Shown: one piece after another, positions 38,502 to 48,252 of the stretch
How the letters are laid out: each line of letters opens with the position of its first letter
Position numbering within the stretch: the stretch's first letter is position 1
Virus record (IMG/VR): IMGVR_UViG_3300028595_000010
Strand: one strand, 5' to 3'
DNA: 64,000 bases
From: an uncultured virus (IMG/VR IMGVR_UViG_3300028595_000010)
Taxonomy: Duplodnaviria > Heunggongvirae > Uroviricota > Caudoviricetes
Notes under the pieces: model-generated
The model's input: the letters and a program-made list of their open reading frames with translations, nothing else
Told to the model about the DNA's origin: nothing
Databases searched by the model: none
Program-made: the position numbers and the translations under genes

Positions 38502-39344
38502 CTATTTTTTAGGACGATGTTTGAGAAACACCACAGTATAGGTATCCGCTGGTATAACTTCGGTTACACCACCACCAACCACCTTAGACATGAACATCAT
38601 TGAGACGGTTTTTCGGCCATTCTTTATTGTGCCGGTGTTTTTAGTCGGAGTCCATCCTTTTTCAGTATACTTTTGTGCAGCAAAATTTGCCACACAGATG
38701 TATATCTTTCCCCCGTCTTTGATCTCCAACTTGGTCTCTAATGTTTCATTCACCATTACATCTGATCGGACGTAATAGTAACCTCTCAACTCCTTAAGAT
38801 CAGGATATTCATAGTCCCGATCATTCCAGAGTTTCGCCGTCTTGGTTGATCGAACAATCTTCCAAGACTTATCATCGTCTCGGATGACCTTGACATACGC
38901 ATCCTTCTTTGCCAATTTTTTAAGATCGACGACCTTTTCAAAATCCTTGGTCATCTTTCCTTTAATGATGTCAACTTTATCTTCTGCGTAGTATTTGGTA
39001 TCTCCATTCCACCATTTGGCGTTATCAAGAATGACCGCTTTTTCTTTTGCCTTTTTGCAGATCATTGCTCTTTCAAAATCTCCCTTCTTGGTATAGTAGA
39101 CGATAGCCTTATCAAGATAGGTGTGGTACTCCTTGATCGCCTTAACCATAGCCTTATCATATTCAGCTAAGGCTTTAGCGGAGGCTTTGTCTAGACGCTC
39201 AAGAGCGATCTTTTGATGTTTTGCAGTGATCTCCTTCTTTTCAGGAGTGGGTGTTTCCTGGCCGTATGCAGTCCAAGCCAGGAAACCAATAATCACCATT
39301 AATGAGATGATGATTGCTTCAATTAGTGTAGGTGTCTGTTTCAT
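38502..39344 (-). CDS. Secreted or membrane-anchored hypothetical protein
   Basis: N-terminal signal-like sequence ending AYG|Q; AAGGAG RBS; helical L....TKKGD.E.A segment. Confidence 0.65.
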   Translation of the reverse strand: MKQTPTLIEAIIISLMVIIGFLAWTAYGQETPTPEKKEITAKHQKIALERLDKASAKALAEYDKAMVKAIKEYHTYLDKAIVYYTKKGDFERAMICKKAKEKAVILDNAKWWNGDTKYYAEDKVDIIKGKMTKDFEKVVDLKKLAKKDAYVKVIRDDDKSWKIVRSTKTAKLWNDRDYEYPDLKELRGYYYVRSDVMVNETLETKLEIKDGGKIYICVANFAAQKYTEKGWTPTKNTGTIKNGRKTVSMMFMSKVVGGGVTEVIPADTYTVVFLKHRPKK

Positions 39345-39358
39345 AGGAATACTCCTTC

Positions 39359-39541
39359 TTAGTATTTGAAACTAACGATTGGGAAATGGTACATGAAAAA
39401 TAACTTGATGTCATTCTTATTTAGAGACTTGTCTCTAAAGATGACATGAGCGTGCTTTCCGTTAACTTCAGCAACGGCGTACCGAACACCACGACAACTC
39501 ATCGCGACATTACCGTTTCTGAATGTGAAGAGTTCATACAT
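39359..39541 (-). CDS. Small hypothetical protein
   Basis: AGGAGG RBS; upstream CTATATATATAAT motif. Confidence 0.6.
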   Translation of the reverse strand: MYELFTFRNGNVAMSCRGVRYAVAEVNGKHAHVIFRDKSLNKNDIKLFFMYHFPIVSFKY

Positions 39542-39617
39542 ATTTTCCTCCTACAATTTCCTCCCTTTCAACCCATTATATATATAGTAAAATATATTCC
39601 ATTCAAAGGAGATAAAA

Positions 39618-39893
39618 ATGGACGATTTTGATGATGATTTGTTCGATGATGAATTTCCCCCATTCCAAGTTCAAGTCTGGAACTTTATAAAATCAATGGC
39701 TAAAGTTTTTTGGGCATTAATAACTTTAAAGAAAGTTAAAGTATCAGATAGAGAATTTATGAGAAGACACAATATCTGTATGGATTGTGATCAACTTCTA
39801 AGAAAAAAGAGATGTAAACAATGTGGATGCTTTGTTGATCCTAAAGCCCGACTTCTGACTGAAAAATGTCCTTTGGGAAAATGGTCTAAATAA
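39618..39893 (+). CDS. Cys-rich small protein (DUF6171-like), paralogue of 32324
   Basis: CMDC...CKQCGC...CPLGKW; AAGGAG RBS. Confidence 0.68.
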   Translation: MDDFDDDLFDDEFPPFQVQVWNFIKSMAKVFWALITLKKVKVSDREFMRRHNICMDCDQLLRKKRCKQCGCFVDPKARLLTEKCPLGKWSK

Positions 39894-39955
39894 CTCCTAT
39901 GATATAACTACTTATTTAGTTCCAGAACAAATAAAAAAGATACCTAAATGAGAGA

Positions 39956-40885
39956 TTGTATATGATTCCTCAGCAGCAAAGAGCGGTTGATCCTTTCTCG
40001 TCTTATGAGTCAGACAATGTGAATAGAATCTCTCGCATTATTACATCCGGCGAAGATCGTATTGTTAGAGATTCAGATCTTTATCCGACATATGTGTCTC
40101 AAACTCTTATATCTATATCTTCTGGTGTAGCAATAAAAGATGATGTTACTATACATTTTCCATCAGCTAGTATAATCGATCTTACTGATGCTGAAAATTA
40201 CAGCCCAAGCAGCACCAATCCAACTCCTAACATCTTCGAATTTTGGGGTTACTGGCCGGGAGACCTTGTTAACAGCAGAGCTTACGTTGTCCTAGAATAC
40301 GAGTATCAAAAAATTTCAACTCCTCCTGAAGCTCAATTTAAGATCCTTAAAGATCCAAATGACTTCACAACTGATAAATACATGTTTCTTGGGATGGTTT
40401 ACTTTAGCGCAGCCCAAACTATAGTAAATCCATTAGTATATATTGATACAATCCCCAATCCGGACGTAGAACGGCAGGTTGCAAATCTACAAGATGCATA
40501 TACTGATTCTGATGCAAGAGCCGCGGATGCACTTAACCCTATCACTAATCATCTTCCTGCTAATAATGTTGGCGGCTATGATCGTAATAAAGCGGTTGTA
40601 ACCGGCACAAACAGCGATAGCCCTCCCGGAAAAATCAAACTTGTAAACTTTGGTTATATTGCATCCAGAATAACAAATGATGCAAGGACCTGGGTAGGAA
40701 GCCCATTAGTTGTAAATCACACTTTAGACTTATATCCTCAAGTTCAAGTTGTAGAAGCATCATCCGGGGAATTTGTTGAAGCAATAATAGATCAAATTTC
40801 AACAAGTCAATTTACAGTAGACTTCGATTTTTCAGATTCAGATCCAGGATTTACTGGGCCATATGAAGTGGTAATCTTATACTAG
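39956..40885 (+). CDS. Probable virion structural protein
   Basis: GAACAAA motif at 39925; C-terminal VNHTLDLYPQVQVV small beta module. Confidence 0.5.
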   Translation: MYMIPQQQRAVDPFSSYESDNVNRISRIITSGEDRIVRDSDLYPTYVSQTLISISSGVAIKDDVTIHFPSASIIDLTDAENYSPSSTNPTPNIFEFWGYWPGDLVNSRAYVVLEYEYQKISTPPEAQFKILKDPNDFTTDKYMFLGMVYFSAAQTIVNPLVYIDTIPNPDVERQVANLQDAYTDSDARAADALNPITNHLPANNVGGYDRNKAVVTGTNSDSPPGKIKLVNFGYIASRITNDARTWVGSPLVVNHTLDLYPQVQVVEASSGEFVEAIIDQISTSQFTVDFDFSDSDPGFTGPYEVVILY

Positions 40886-40909
40886 GATGGAACAAAAGGA
40901 TAAAATTCC

Positions 40910-41599
40910 ATGACTAACTTAAGAAAACCTACAGATATCCCCGAAGGGATGGGTGAAAGATTAGTCACCTATACAAATAATTTTGCTGGTGAGATATGGA
41001 CTTGTGACCACAGGATCTATTCTGATAGAATCTTAGTCAATATTACTGATGAGGATAGAGAAGATATTCTCCCGACAAGAATATTCAAAGTTAGTGACAC
41101 TCGTTTAGTTATCGATTTCTATAAATATGTTACTGGGCAGGCATCAATCTTCAAAATTTCGCCGTTGTTAAAAGGAAAACGAATTCCAATTAATAATAAA
41201 ACATTTATCAGATATAGACACGATTTAAATACAACGTTTCTTATTTGCCAATGTTGGAAAAATGATGGAGAATTCGTGCTACCTGAAGAAGTTGTAGTTG
41301 AGGATATTGATGTCATAAATATCAAATTTCATGTTCCTGTTACTGGATATGCAGAGTTAGTAACTCCTTATCCTAGACAGGTGAATATTGATATAGCAAA
41401 ACGTGAATGGCTTGATATGTACAGAACTGATCTTGATCAATCCTTGATCTTGACTCAAGTATGGCAAGATTATAGTTTATTCCTTCCTACAAATATAAAA
41501 CGAATTGGCGAAACTGCATACCAAAGAGGAATTCAGGTCGATCTACATCAAAAGGCTGTAGGGGATATGAATTCAATTATACACGGATACAGAATTTAA
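40910..41599 (+). CDS. Probable structural protein with three short internal repeats
   Basis: Repeated LP......D.....I.F...VTG-type units; GAACAAA motif at 40890. Confidence 0.5.
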   Translation: MTNLRKPTDIPEGMGERLVTYTNNFAGEIWTCDHRIYSDRILVNITDEDREDILPTRIFKVSDTRLVIDFYKYVTGQASIFKISPLLKGKRIPINNKTFIRYRHDLNTTFLICQCWKNDGEFVLPEEVVVEDIDVINIKFHVPVTGYAELVTPYPRQVNIDIAKREWLDMYRTDLDQSLILTQVWQDYSLFLPTNIKRIGETAYQRGIQVDLHQKAVGDMNSIIHGYRI

Positions 41600-41614
41600 A
41601 AATGGAGACATCTA

Positions 41615-41857
41615 ATGTCCGGAATCGCAAAAGTAGTAGAAGTAATCGCAAAAGAAATGTGTGAATATCCTGACGATGTAGTAGTCAAGGAAATTGAGGC
41701 CAAACATTCAAGTATTATTGAAGTTAAGGTTCATAAAAATGACCAAGGAAAAATGATTGGCAAAGGTGGAAGAACTGCTGATGCAATCAGATCTATTATA
41801 TATGCTTGCGGCTTCAAGTATCACAAAAGATTTGCGTTAGATATTGTTACTGAATAA
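41615..41857 (+). CDS. khpA: KH-domain RNA-binding protein KhpA (UPF0109)
   Basis: 80 aa; P..V.V.E......IEVKVH..D.GKMIGKGGRTA.AIRSII with GxxG loop. Confidence 0.88.
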   Translation: MSGIAKVVEVIAKEMCEYPDDVVVKEIEAKHSSIIEVKVHKNDQGKMIGKGGRTADAIRSIIYACGFKYHKRFALDIVTE

Positions 41858-41862
41858 CAAAG

Positions 41863-41934
41863 AAGACGAAGTCCGACTTTCAACAAGGACCTCACTGGTC
41901 ACGGTTCGTCTTAACATACTATTTGATCAGTGAG
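41863..41934 (+). ncRNA. Candidate structured RNA (pseudoknot with nested hairpin)
   Basis: AAGACGAA(41863)/TTCGTCTT(41905); GTCC/GGAC hairpin; CTCACTGGTCA(41891)/TGATCAGTGAG(41924) with one G-U. Confidence 0.5.
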
Positions 41935-41960
41935 GAATTTGTTTATTTTGGAGAAATTGT

Positions 41961-44126
41961 ATGAAGTTCCATAAAATTAAAATGATTGGCAAATATTGGA
42001 TGCAAGATGTCTCATCTTTGCCATCCTGGGCGCCTGAAGACGAAGGACGTTTAGTATATCAAAATACAGATGAAACTGTATATTATGGAACTAGCACTGG
42101 ATGGGCTGCTGTGGGGTCAGGCGGCGGAGGAAGTCAATTAAATATTGATCGTCAGGAATTTCAAGCATCTGCCGGACAAACAATATTTACTCTATCATTC
42201 AACTACACATTGAGCAGTAATGGCTTAATAGTCTATGCTGATAATATGTTGATGATCAAGAATGTTGATTATTATGAGACTGACTCAAATACAATTACAT
42301 TCATTACAGGCAGAGCACAGGATGAGGAAATAACGGTCCTAAATGTGTCTACAAATGCGTCGATTCAACGTGTCGATGTAGTGTCCACTTTGAGTCAAAC
42401 TGTCTTTAATTTACCGTTTTCATACGTTGTAGGTAGTAATGACCTATTAGTCTTCTCTAATAATATGATGATGATTAAAGGTGGAGTAGATTATACTGAA
42501 ACAGATCCTACTACTATCACATTTGCAACAGGCAGAGCATCCAGTGAAACTATAACATTCATGCATTTAGGTACATCTGGAGAAATCAATACTGGTACTA
42601 ATATTGGCGCAACAGGTCAATTGGGATATGCAGGTAAATCAGGAACAACATTACAATTTAGAAAATTAGATTCTTGTAATGGATTAGTCACTTCAATTGT
42701 AAGTGATACCATTATGACTGAGCCAAATTTCCTTCCTCTAACTACATTCCCAGGAACTCCCGCTTCTAATGATTATTTCATCATGAGAAGGAATGCAGAC
42801 GGATTATATTATAAGGTTCCTGGATCAACTATTGGAGGTGATGACGGTGGATTTGATATGTCATATATTCCTATTACTGCCACATCTGATCAAAGTGGAA
42901 ATCTGACATTTAATCAGACTGGGTCTGCAACTAATTCATATCTATATACTCTTGCAAACTTTAGTGGAGTAGGAATATCGTCCACGGAAATTAGAGGAAT
43001 ATTTGTTAGTACAGAAGTGCGAGTATCGGGAAACAATGTTACAAATGCTGAAGTCCAGGCATTATATCCTGATGGATCAACTGTAACTATACAAGCCAAA
43101 TCGATAAGCGCAGCCGATGATGATGGAAGATCAAATGCAACATTCTTAATTCCTATATCTCCTTCTCAATCTAGTATAACTCTCACATTAGTAACTACTG
43201 ATAATAATGCATATGCTGAATTTACAATTCTTGGAGCTTGGCAAAGAATAGCGGCTAGCATTCAATTCTTTGCTCCTATTGGCACTATACTTCCATTTTC
43301 AGGACCGTCCGGACAAGTTCCTAGTAATGCATTATTATGTCATGGGCAAGCTATATCAAGAACTTCTTACTCTGAATTATTTGCAGTCATCGGGACCACA
43401 TATGGATCAGGAGACGGATCCGCCACATTTAATGTCCCTGATCTTCGTGGTAGATCAATTCTTGGTCTTGATAATATGGGAGGTTCTGACGCTAACAGAA
43501 TTGATAGCTCAGTAACTCCTAATAGAAGTTCTGATACTTGGGCAGAAGATCTTGGTGGAAATGCTGGAGAAGATCAACATACCTTAACTGAAGCAGAAAT
43601 GCCATCTCATATCCATAGCACATTATTAGGGCAAGAAGGAGGAGCATCCGGTAGCGGAAGTTATGATCCTCCAACATATCCCCCTACTGATGTGTCGGTG
43701 GATACAGATTCTACAGGAGGAGATCAGCCACATAATAATGTCCAACCGTCAATGGCAATGAATTGGATTATTATTGCAAGTTTAGATCCACAGATGCCAA
43801 CAGGTAACAATCTAGCTAGAGGATGGGCAAACTTCAGTTATAGTGGCGGAATATTAACAGTCAACGATAGTTATAATGTAGCATCTATTACAAGAGTTGG
43901 TGCAGGAATATATGATATAACTTGGCTAATCACATTTGCTAATGCTAACTATTCTCTTGTAGGAAGCACAGAAGATAATGGATCTGAGGGAGGGCATTTT
44001 TCATATTCGAATAAGACTGCTTCCACAATACGAGTGTACACAAGAAAACAAATAAATCCTAGTAGTGTGTGGCACAACTCATCAGATTCTGCAGACATCA
44101 GTTGTGTAGCTTATGGAGAACAATAA
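41961..44126 (+). CDS. Tail fibre protein with phage tail-collar domain
   Basis: PIGTILPF....LLCHGQAISRTSYSELFAVIGTTYGSGDGSATFNVPDLRGR...HNNVQPS; two GQT.F.L repeats. Confidence 0.85.
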   Translation: MKFHKIKMIGKYWMQDVSSLPSWAPEDEGRLVYQNTDETVYYGTSTGWAAVGSGGGGSQLNIDRQEFQASAGQTIFTLSFNYTLSSNGLIVYADNMLMIKNVDYYETDSNTITFITGRAQDEEITVLNVSTNASIQRVDVVSTLSQTVFNLPFSYVVGSNDLLVFSNNMMMIKGGVDYTETDPTTITFATGRASSETITFMHLGTSGEINTGTNIGATGQLGYAGKSGTTLQFRKLDSCNGLVTSIVSDTIMTEPNFLPLTTFPGTPASNDYFIMRRNADGLYYKVPGSTIGGDDGGFDMSYIPITATSDQSGNLTFNQTGSATNSYLYTLANFSGVGISSTEIRGIFVSTEVRVSGNNVTNAEVQALYPDGSTVTIQAKSISAADDDGRSNATFLIPISPSQSSITLTLVTTDNNAYAEFTILGAWQRIAASIQFFAPIGTILPFSGPSGQVPSNALLCHGQAISRTSYSELFAVIGTTYGSGDGSATFNVPDLRGRSILGLDNMGGSDANRIDSSVTPNRSSDTWAEDLGGNAGEDQHTLTEAEMPSHIHSTLLGQEGGASGSGSYDPPTYPPTDVSVDTDSTGGDQPHNNVQPSMAMNWIIIASLDPQMPTGNNLARGWANFSYSGGILTVNDSYNVASITRVGAGIYDITWLITFANANYSLVGSTEDNGSEGGHFSYSNKTASTIRVYTRKQINPSSVWHNSSDSADISCVAYGEQ

Positions 44127-44620
44127 TGAAAGTAATATCATTTTATTCATTAGATAAAGTGGCATCAGTCATTTATCCAATTTGGAATAATAAAGCTGCA
44201 TCTGAAACAGATGAAGAATTTTTAGAAAGAATAGCTGAAATTGTTCCTCAGCAAATGAAATGGTCGATAAGATATCAAGAAGATACAGATATCCCAGATG
44301 ATTATTTTGATGATGCATGGATAATAGGTGCTGAAAAAATAATTGTCGATATCGGAAAAGCTAGAGATATTCAATACAATAATATTTCTAAAGCTAGAAA
44401 TTATCGATTGACTGAATTAGATTCTTCTGAAATTGAAGCATGGTCAAAAGAAGATAAAACAAAGCTAGCCAAAATTAGAGTAGAAAAACAAAAACTCAGA
44501 GATCTGACTATTAATCTAAAAGACGAATTAAAAGAAATACAAGATTTAGAGAAACTAAAAAACTACTGGCCAGGCATTCTTAAAATCGAAGAACTAAGAA
44601 CAAAATTAAAATTAAGCTAG
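44126..44620 (+). CDS. Putative tail fibre assembly/chaperone protein
   Basis: Follows the fibre gene; IPDDYF.DAW...ARN.RL.ELD...KQKLRDL pattern. Confidence 0.55.
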   Translation: MKVISFYSLDKVASVIYPIWNNKAASETDEEFLERIAEIVPQQMKWSIRYQEDTDIPDDYFDDAWIIGAEKIIVDIGKARDIQYNNISKARNYRLTELDSSEIEAWSKEDKTKLAKIRVEKQKLRDLTINLKDELKEIQDLEKLKNYWPGILKIEELRTKLKLS

Positions 44621-44631
44621 GAATTCAAAAT

Positions 44632-45294
44632 ATGTCTGATCAAATATTTCACACAAACATAGATCATCAAGGCGAAATAAAAATTCAGCCTGTAGCCACT
44701 CTTCCTGTGTCTGCAACATCAGATGATAAACGAAGACTGATCTATACATTAGATACAAACAAACTTTATTGGTCAAACGGATCAACTTGGAGCGAATTAA
44801 GTAGAAATTCCGCGCCAGTAGGTTCTATTATTCCATTTGGAGGAGCCGAAGGATCTATTCCTTCTGAATCATTATTGTGTAATGGCCAGGCTGTATCGAC
44901 TACCACATATGCTGATTTATTTGCTATAATAGGATATACGTATGGAGGAAGTGGATCAACATTCAATGTTCCAGATTTAAGAGGCCGATCTATTGCAGGA
45001 AAAGATAATATGGGAGGATCCTCTGCGGATAGATTAACAGGAGCATGGGCAGATACATTAGGCGGAGCAGATGGAGCTGAAACACATCAATTAACTGAAG
45101 CTGAAATGCCTTCCCATACTCATAATACTGGGAGCACACCAGATGGTACAGCTACCGGTGGTGCTGATTTTGTTGCTCGTCCTGTCGGATCTGGAGCAGA
45201 TAAAGCTACTAGCTCTACAGGTTCTGATGCAGCTCATAATAATGTCCAGCCAACTATGACTGTAAATTACATTATCATTGCCTTAGAAAGATAG
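44632..45294 (+). CDS. Short tail-collar domain protein
   Basis: PVGSIIPF...LLCNGQAVS.TTYADLFAIIGYTYGG...FNVPDLRGR...HNNVQP. Confidence 0.85.
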   Translation: MSDQIFHTNIDHQGEIKIQPVATLPVSATSDDKRRLIYTLDTNKLYWSNGSTWSELSRNSAPVGSIIPFGGAEGSIPSESLLCNGQAVSTTTYADLFAIIGYTYGGSGSTFNVPDLRGRSIAGKDNMGGSSADRLTGAWADTLGGADGAETHQLTEAEMPSHTHNTGSTPDGTATGGADFVARPVGSGADKATSSTGSDAAHNNVQPTMTVNYIIIALER

Positions 45295-45304
45295 GATTTA
45301 TATC

Positions 45305-45439
45305 ATGAAAAAGCAAAATACTCAAAAGAAAAAGAAAAACCCTGTAGTTCCTGTTTGTGAGGAAAATAGATACATTGAAAAGAAGCGCATCAAGAAAGGA
45401 ACTGGTCTTTCTGAGAATGCAAAAATTATCATGGAGTAA
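45305..45439 (+). CDS. Small basic hypothetical protein (44 aa, below ORF-track cutoff)
   Basis: MKKQNTQKKKKNPVVPVC...IIME; fills the gap between two + genes and has AGGA RBS. Confidence 0.5.
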   Translation: MKKQNTQKKKKNPVVPVCEENRYIEKKRIKKGTGLSENAKIIME

Positions 45440-45442
45440 CTC

Positions 45443-45937
45443 ATGGATTCAATTAAACAATTCTTATTTGAAGCATCTGATACCTCTAAAAAAGAAAAGG
45501 TGGTCAAATGTATAATCAAATATGGCGATAAGATATTAATCCTTAGGCGGGCAGCAAATACTCCTGGTGAAGGATCATGGGATCTTCCTGGTGGCATGTT
45601 AAAAGAAAATGAAAAACCAGAAGATGGAGTTAAGAGAGAAGTTAAAGAAGAAACTACTCTTGAGCTTAAAAATCTCAAATCAAAGAAAGTTGTCACAATT
45701 AAAGATAACGAAACTGGCCCAATTAACTCTCAAATTTACAATGCTGATGCCGTCAATGATGCTGTTTATCTTCCGCCATCTACATCGAACAGAGAAAAGT
45801 TTGCTTTTTGGAATGCTCCCAAACCTGAGCATTCAGAATTTAAATGGATTAAATATCAAGATGAATTAGAGCCTCTGCGCATGGTTGATGATTATAAAGT
45901 CGCAATCTTATCAATGCTTAAAGAAAGACAAACATAA
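45443..45937 (+). CDS. NUDIX hydrolase
   Basis: WDLPGG....NE.....VKREVKEET Nudix box. Confidence 0.88.
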   Translation: MDSIKQFLFEASDTSKKEKVVKCIIKYGDKILILRRAANTPGEGSWDLPGGMLKENEKPEDGVKREVKEETTLELKNLKSKKVVTIKDNETGPINSQIYNADAVNDAVYLPPSTSNREKFAFWNAPKPEHSEFKWIKYQDELEPLRMVDDYKVAILSMLKERQT

Positions 45938-46047
45938 TCAGACCCATTTAATAAAAAGTATCAACCCTCTAAATATTGAGTTTTTAGAAAATTCTAAAAA
46001 TAACTTATGAGTGCTAGTAACGCATATAATCTTTAAAAAATGTTTCC

Positions 46048-46061
46048 GAACAAATATAAAA
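46048..46061 (+). promoter_or_regulatory. GAACAAA motif (putative late promoter)
   Basis: GAACAAATATAAAA upstream of ATG 46102. Confidence 0.6.
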
Positions 46062-46101
46062 TCGTAGTTCGGCAATTATTTCAACACAAGGATTATTTAT
46101 T

Positions 46102-46893
46102 ATGGCAGTAGGTTATGGAAGAAACAATTCCTTTACCTGGACCCCACCAACTGTGCTTCCAGATTGTAATGGATGTCTTACATTCTTTGACTATGCGCGT
46201 TTGTCTGCGCAAATGGATCTTTATCTTCCACATAAATGTGTGATTGTACTTCAAGCTCAAGTTGGTCAGCCAACTGACGCATCTGGATATATTCCTATGG
46301 ATTTAACCACAGGTTTATGTCCCCCATCCATTGTTGATGTTCGTGTACCAGATGTTGATCTGGATGTTCCGGGTTTATCTGGCGGAAGAGATATTAATTT
46401 TGATAACTCTCTGACATTACCTGGAGATGGTACTCACTACAGATCCGCCCCTATGGATGGAGTGATTGCAGCACCAGACGCAGCAATTGGAGTTGCATCA
46501 GATGCAATTGTAAGTTACACCAACATCAAAAATTCTGATAGAGGTGAAAATGTAAATGTTCTATTGGAACTCTTCCCATCATCCATATCAGTTAGTTTGA
46601 TTGAAAATCTTGCTAATTTGGTAGCAGTTGATGGAACATTCCAATACTCCACAAATGGCGGAAGTTCTTGGAGCTCCTTGACTCCTATTAGGCGCTGGGA
46701 TGGAGCAACCACTTTTGAGTTGGTTGTAGCATTCCCAAGTGCTGTGGATGGAGAATTGCAGATTCGCGCCACATACGGAGTAGATGCAGTTCCTGGATCA
46801 TACACATGGAGAGTTACATATTCAAAGGATGATAATGTAGGCAACGAAAGAAAGTTATTTGTTGCTGAGGATTCATTCACTTTGACGACATAA
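46102..46893 (+). CDS. Probable structural / decoration protein
   Basis: Monocistronic unit with its own motif and terminator; beta-rich C-terminal domain. Confidence 0.5.
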   Translation: MAVGYGRNNSFTWTPPTVLPDCNGCLTFFDYARLSAQMDLYLPHKCVIVLQAQVGQPTDASGYIPMDLTTGLCPPSIVDVRVPDVDLDVPGLSGGRDINFDNSLTLPGDGTHYRSAPMDGVIAAPDAAIGVASDAIVSYTNIKNSDRGENVNVLLELFPSSISVSLIENLANLVAVDGTFQYSTNGGSSWSSLTPIRRWDGATTFELVVAFPSAVDGELQIRATYGVDAVPGSYTWRVTYSKDDNVGNERKLFVAEDSFTLTT

Positions 46894-46914
46894 TAGATCG
46901 TTAGTCTATTTACT

Positions 46915-46949
46915 AGGGCATCTCAGGGAAACCTGGGATGCCCTTTTTT
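46915..46949 (+). terminator. Rho-independent terminator
   Basis: AGGGCATCTCAGG-GAAA-CCTGGGATGCCCT followed by a T run. Confidence 0.92.
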
Positions 46950-46967
46950 ACGTAAAGGCGGCTACTA

Positions 46968-47525
46968 ATGAATCAGAATGAGTTACCAGATGAATATCCA
47001 ATTGAAGATATTTTTTTTGGAGATGATGATCGTCTAGATATGGACTTCTCAAAAGGGAGACCGCCCAAGACCGAAGATGATAAAAAGAAACCTAGAGAAC
47101 AAACAAAAAAGATAAAGGCCGCATCAGGAAGTAAACATTCTGCAATTCAAAAAAAATTGGAGGAGCAGGAAGACCTGATTAAACAGGCTAAATTCCTAAG
47201 GAAATTTGAAGAACGAATACAGCGACTTGAAGAACAAGAAAAAAAACAAAAAGAAGTTGCCGCAGTTCGTAAACAACAAAAGAAACAAGTAAAAAAGAAA
47301 CTCAAAAAGCACAGTTTAAAACCCATTCAGGCAATTCGTGGTGAGCTAAAAGAACTTGTTTCTTGTAATCATGAAGATGTATTTGATTTCTTCGACGGAC
47401 AAAATGTAAGGTCAAAGTGCAAGCATTGTTCTAGAGAAAAGATTTGGTCTCCTCAAGATTGGAGGAAAGCTAATCCGTTTGTTCCGTCAATTATGAATCC
47501 AAATCCCGTACTGTTTCCATTCTAG
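46968..47525 (+). CDS. Hypothetical Lys-rich protein with C-terminal CxH...CxxC
   Basis: 185-aa ORF. Confidence 0.55.
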   Translation: MNQNELPDEYPIEDIFFGDDDRLDMDFSKGRPPKTEDDKKKPREQTKKIKAASGSKHSAIQKKLEEQEDLIKQAKFLRKFEERIQRLEEQEKKQKEVAAVRKQQKKQVKKKLKKHSLKPIQAIRGELKELVSCNHEDVFDFFDGQNVRSKCKHCSREKIWSPQDWRKANPFVPSIMNPNPVLFPF

Positions 47526-47535
47526 GAGATTCAAT

Positions 47536-48252
47536 ATGCTCCCTAAAGTATCACTAATTATTACAAGCTATCGTCGTCTAGATTTTACCAGAAACTTAGT
47601 AGAATCTATTTTCAATTATACTACCCATCCTAATTTTGAAGTAATTGTTGTAAACACATGTCCTACATATAATAAGATGTTGGACCTGTATGTTGAAGCA
47701 CTCTCTCCTAAATGTAAAGTTGTTTCCGATGGAAGAAATCGACAATTTATGCAAGGCATTGAAGAAGGATATAAAATTGCAGATGGTGATTTTGTATTAC
47801 TAATGAATGATGATATGCTTGTATCTAAGACTCAGGGACATTGGGTACAAGTTATGCAGGAATATCTAATATCCCACAAAGATGTTGCCACATGTTCAAT
47901 TTACCAATATCTTGATGGACAACGACTTTATACTATTGGAGAAACAGATATTAATAAACCTGGTCACACATGTGGGGCTTATAAACTTAGACTTCAAGAG
48001 CTTCCTGAAGAAAAGGAAGTTTTGTGGAATAACTTTTCTTGTGTAATGATATCTAAAACATTTGTAGAAAACAATAGATTCTTAAATGTTGTTCCTGCAT
48101 CACAATATCATTATGGAAGTGATTCTTGTTATTGTAAACATGTAATCGATCAAGGTAAAAAGAATATCTTGATCAACAAAGCCTGGATCTATCATTTTAA
48201 CAGTAGGACCATGAGAGGTCGATATGGGAGATACATTTACCCAGGACATTAA
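47536..48252 (+). CDS. Glycosyltransferase family 2
   Basis: VSLIITSY, FEVIVVN, LLMNDD, YGSD, IYH. Confidence 0.85.
   Translation: MLPKVSLIITSYRRLDFTRNLVESIFNYTTHPNFEVIVVNTCPTYNKMLDLYVEALSPKCKVVSDGRNRQFMQGIEEGYKIADGDFVLLMNDDMLVSKTQGHWVQVMQEYLISHKDVATCSIYQYLDGQRLYTIGETDINKPGHTCGAYKLRLQELPEEKEVLWNNFSCVMISKTFVENNRFLNVVPASQYHYGSDSCYCKHVIDQGKKNILINKAWIYHFNSRTMRGRYGRYIYPGH

Noticed and set aside
41863..41934. Hammerhead, HDV-like ribozyme or preQ1 riboswitch identity for the pseudoknot
   Set aside because: Lacks a correctly placed CUGAnGA/GAAA core, the HDV P3/L3 element and the preQ1-I consensus; kept only as an unassigned structure.
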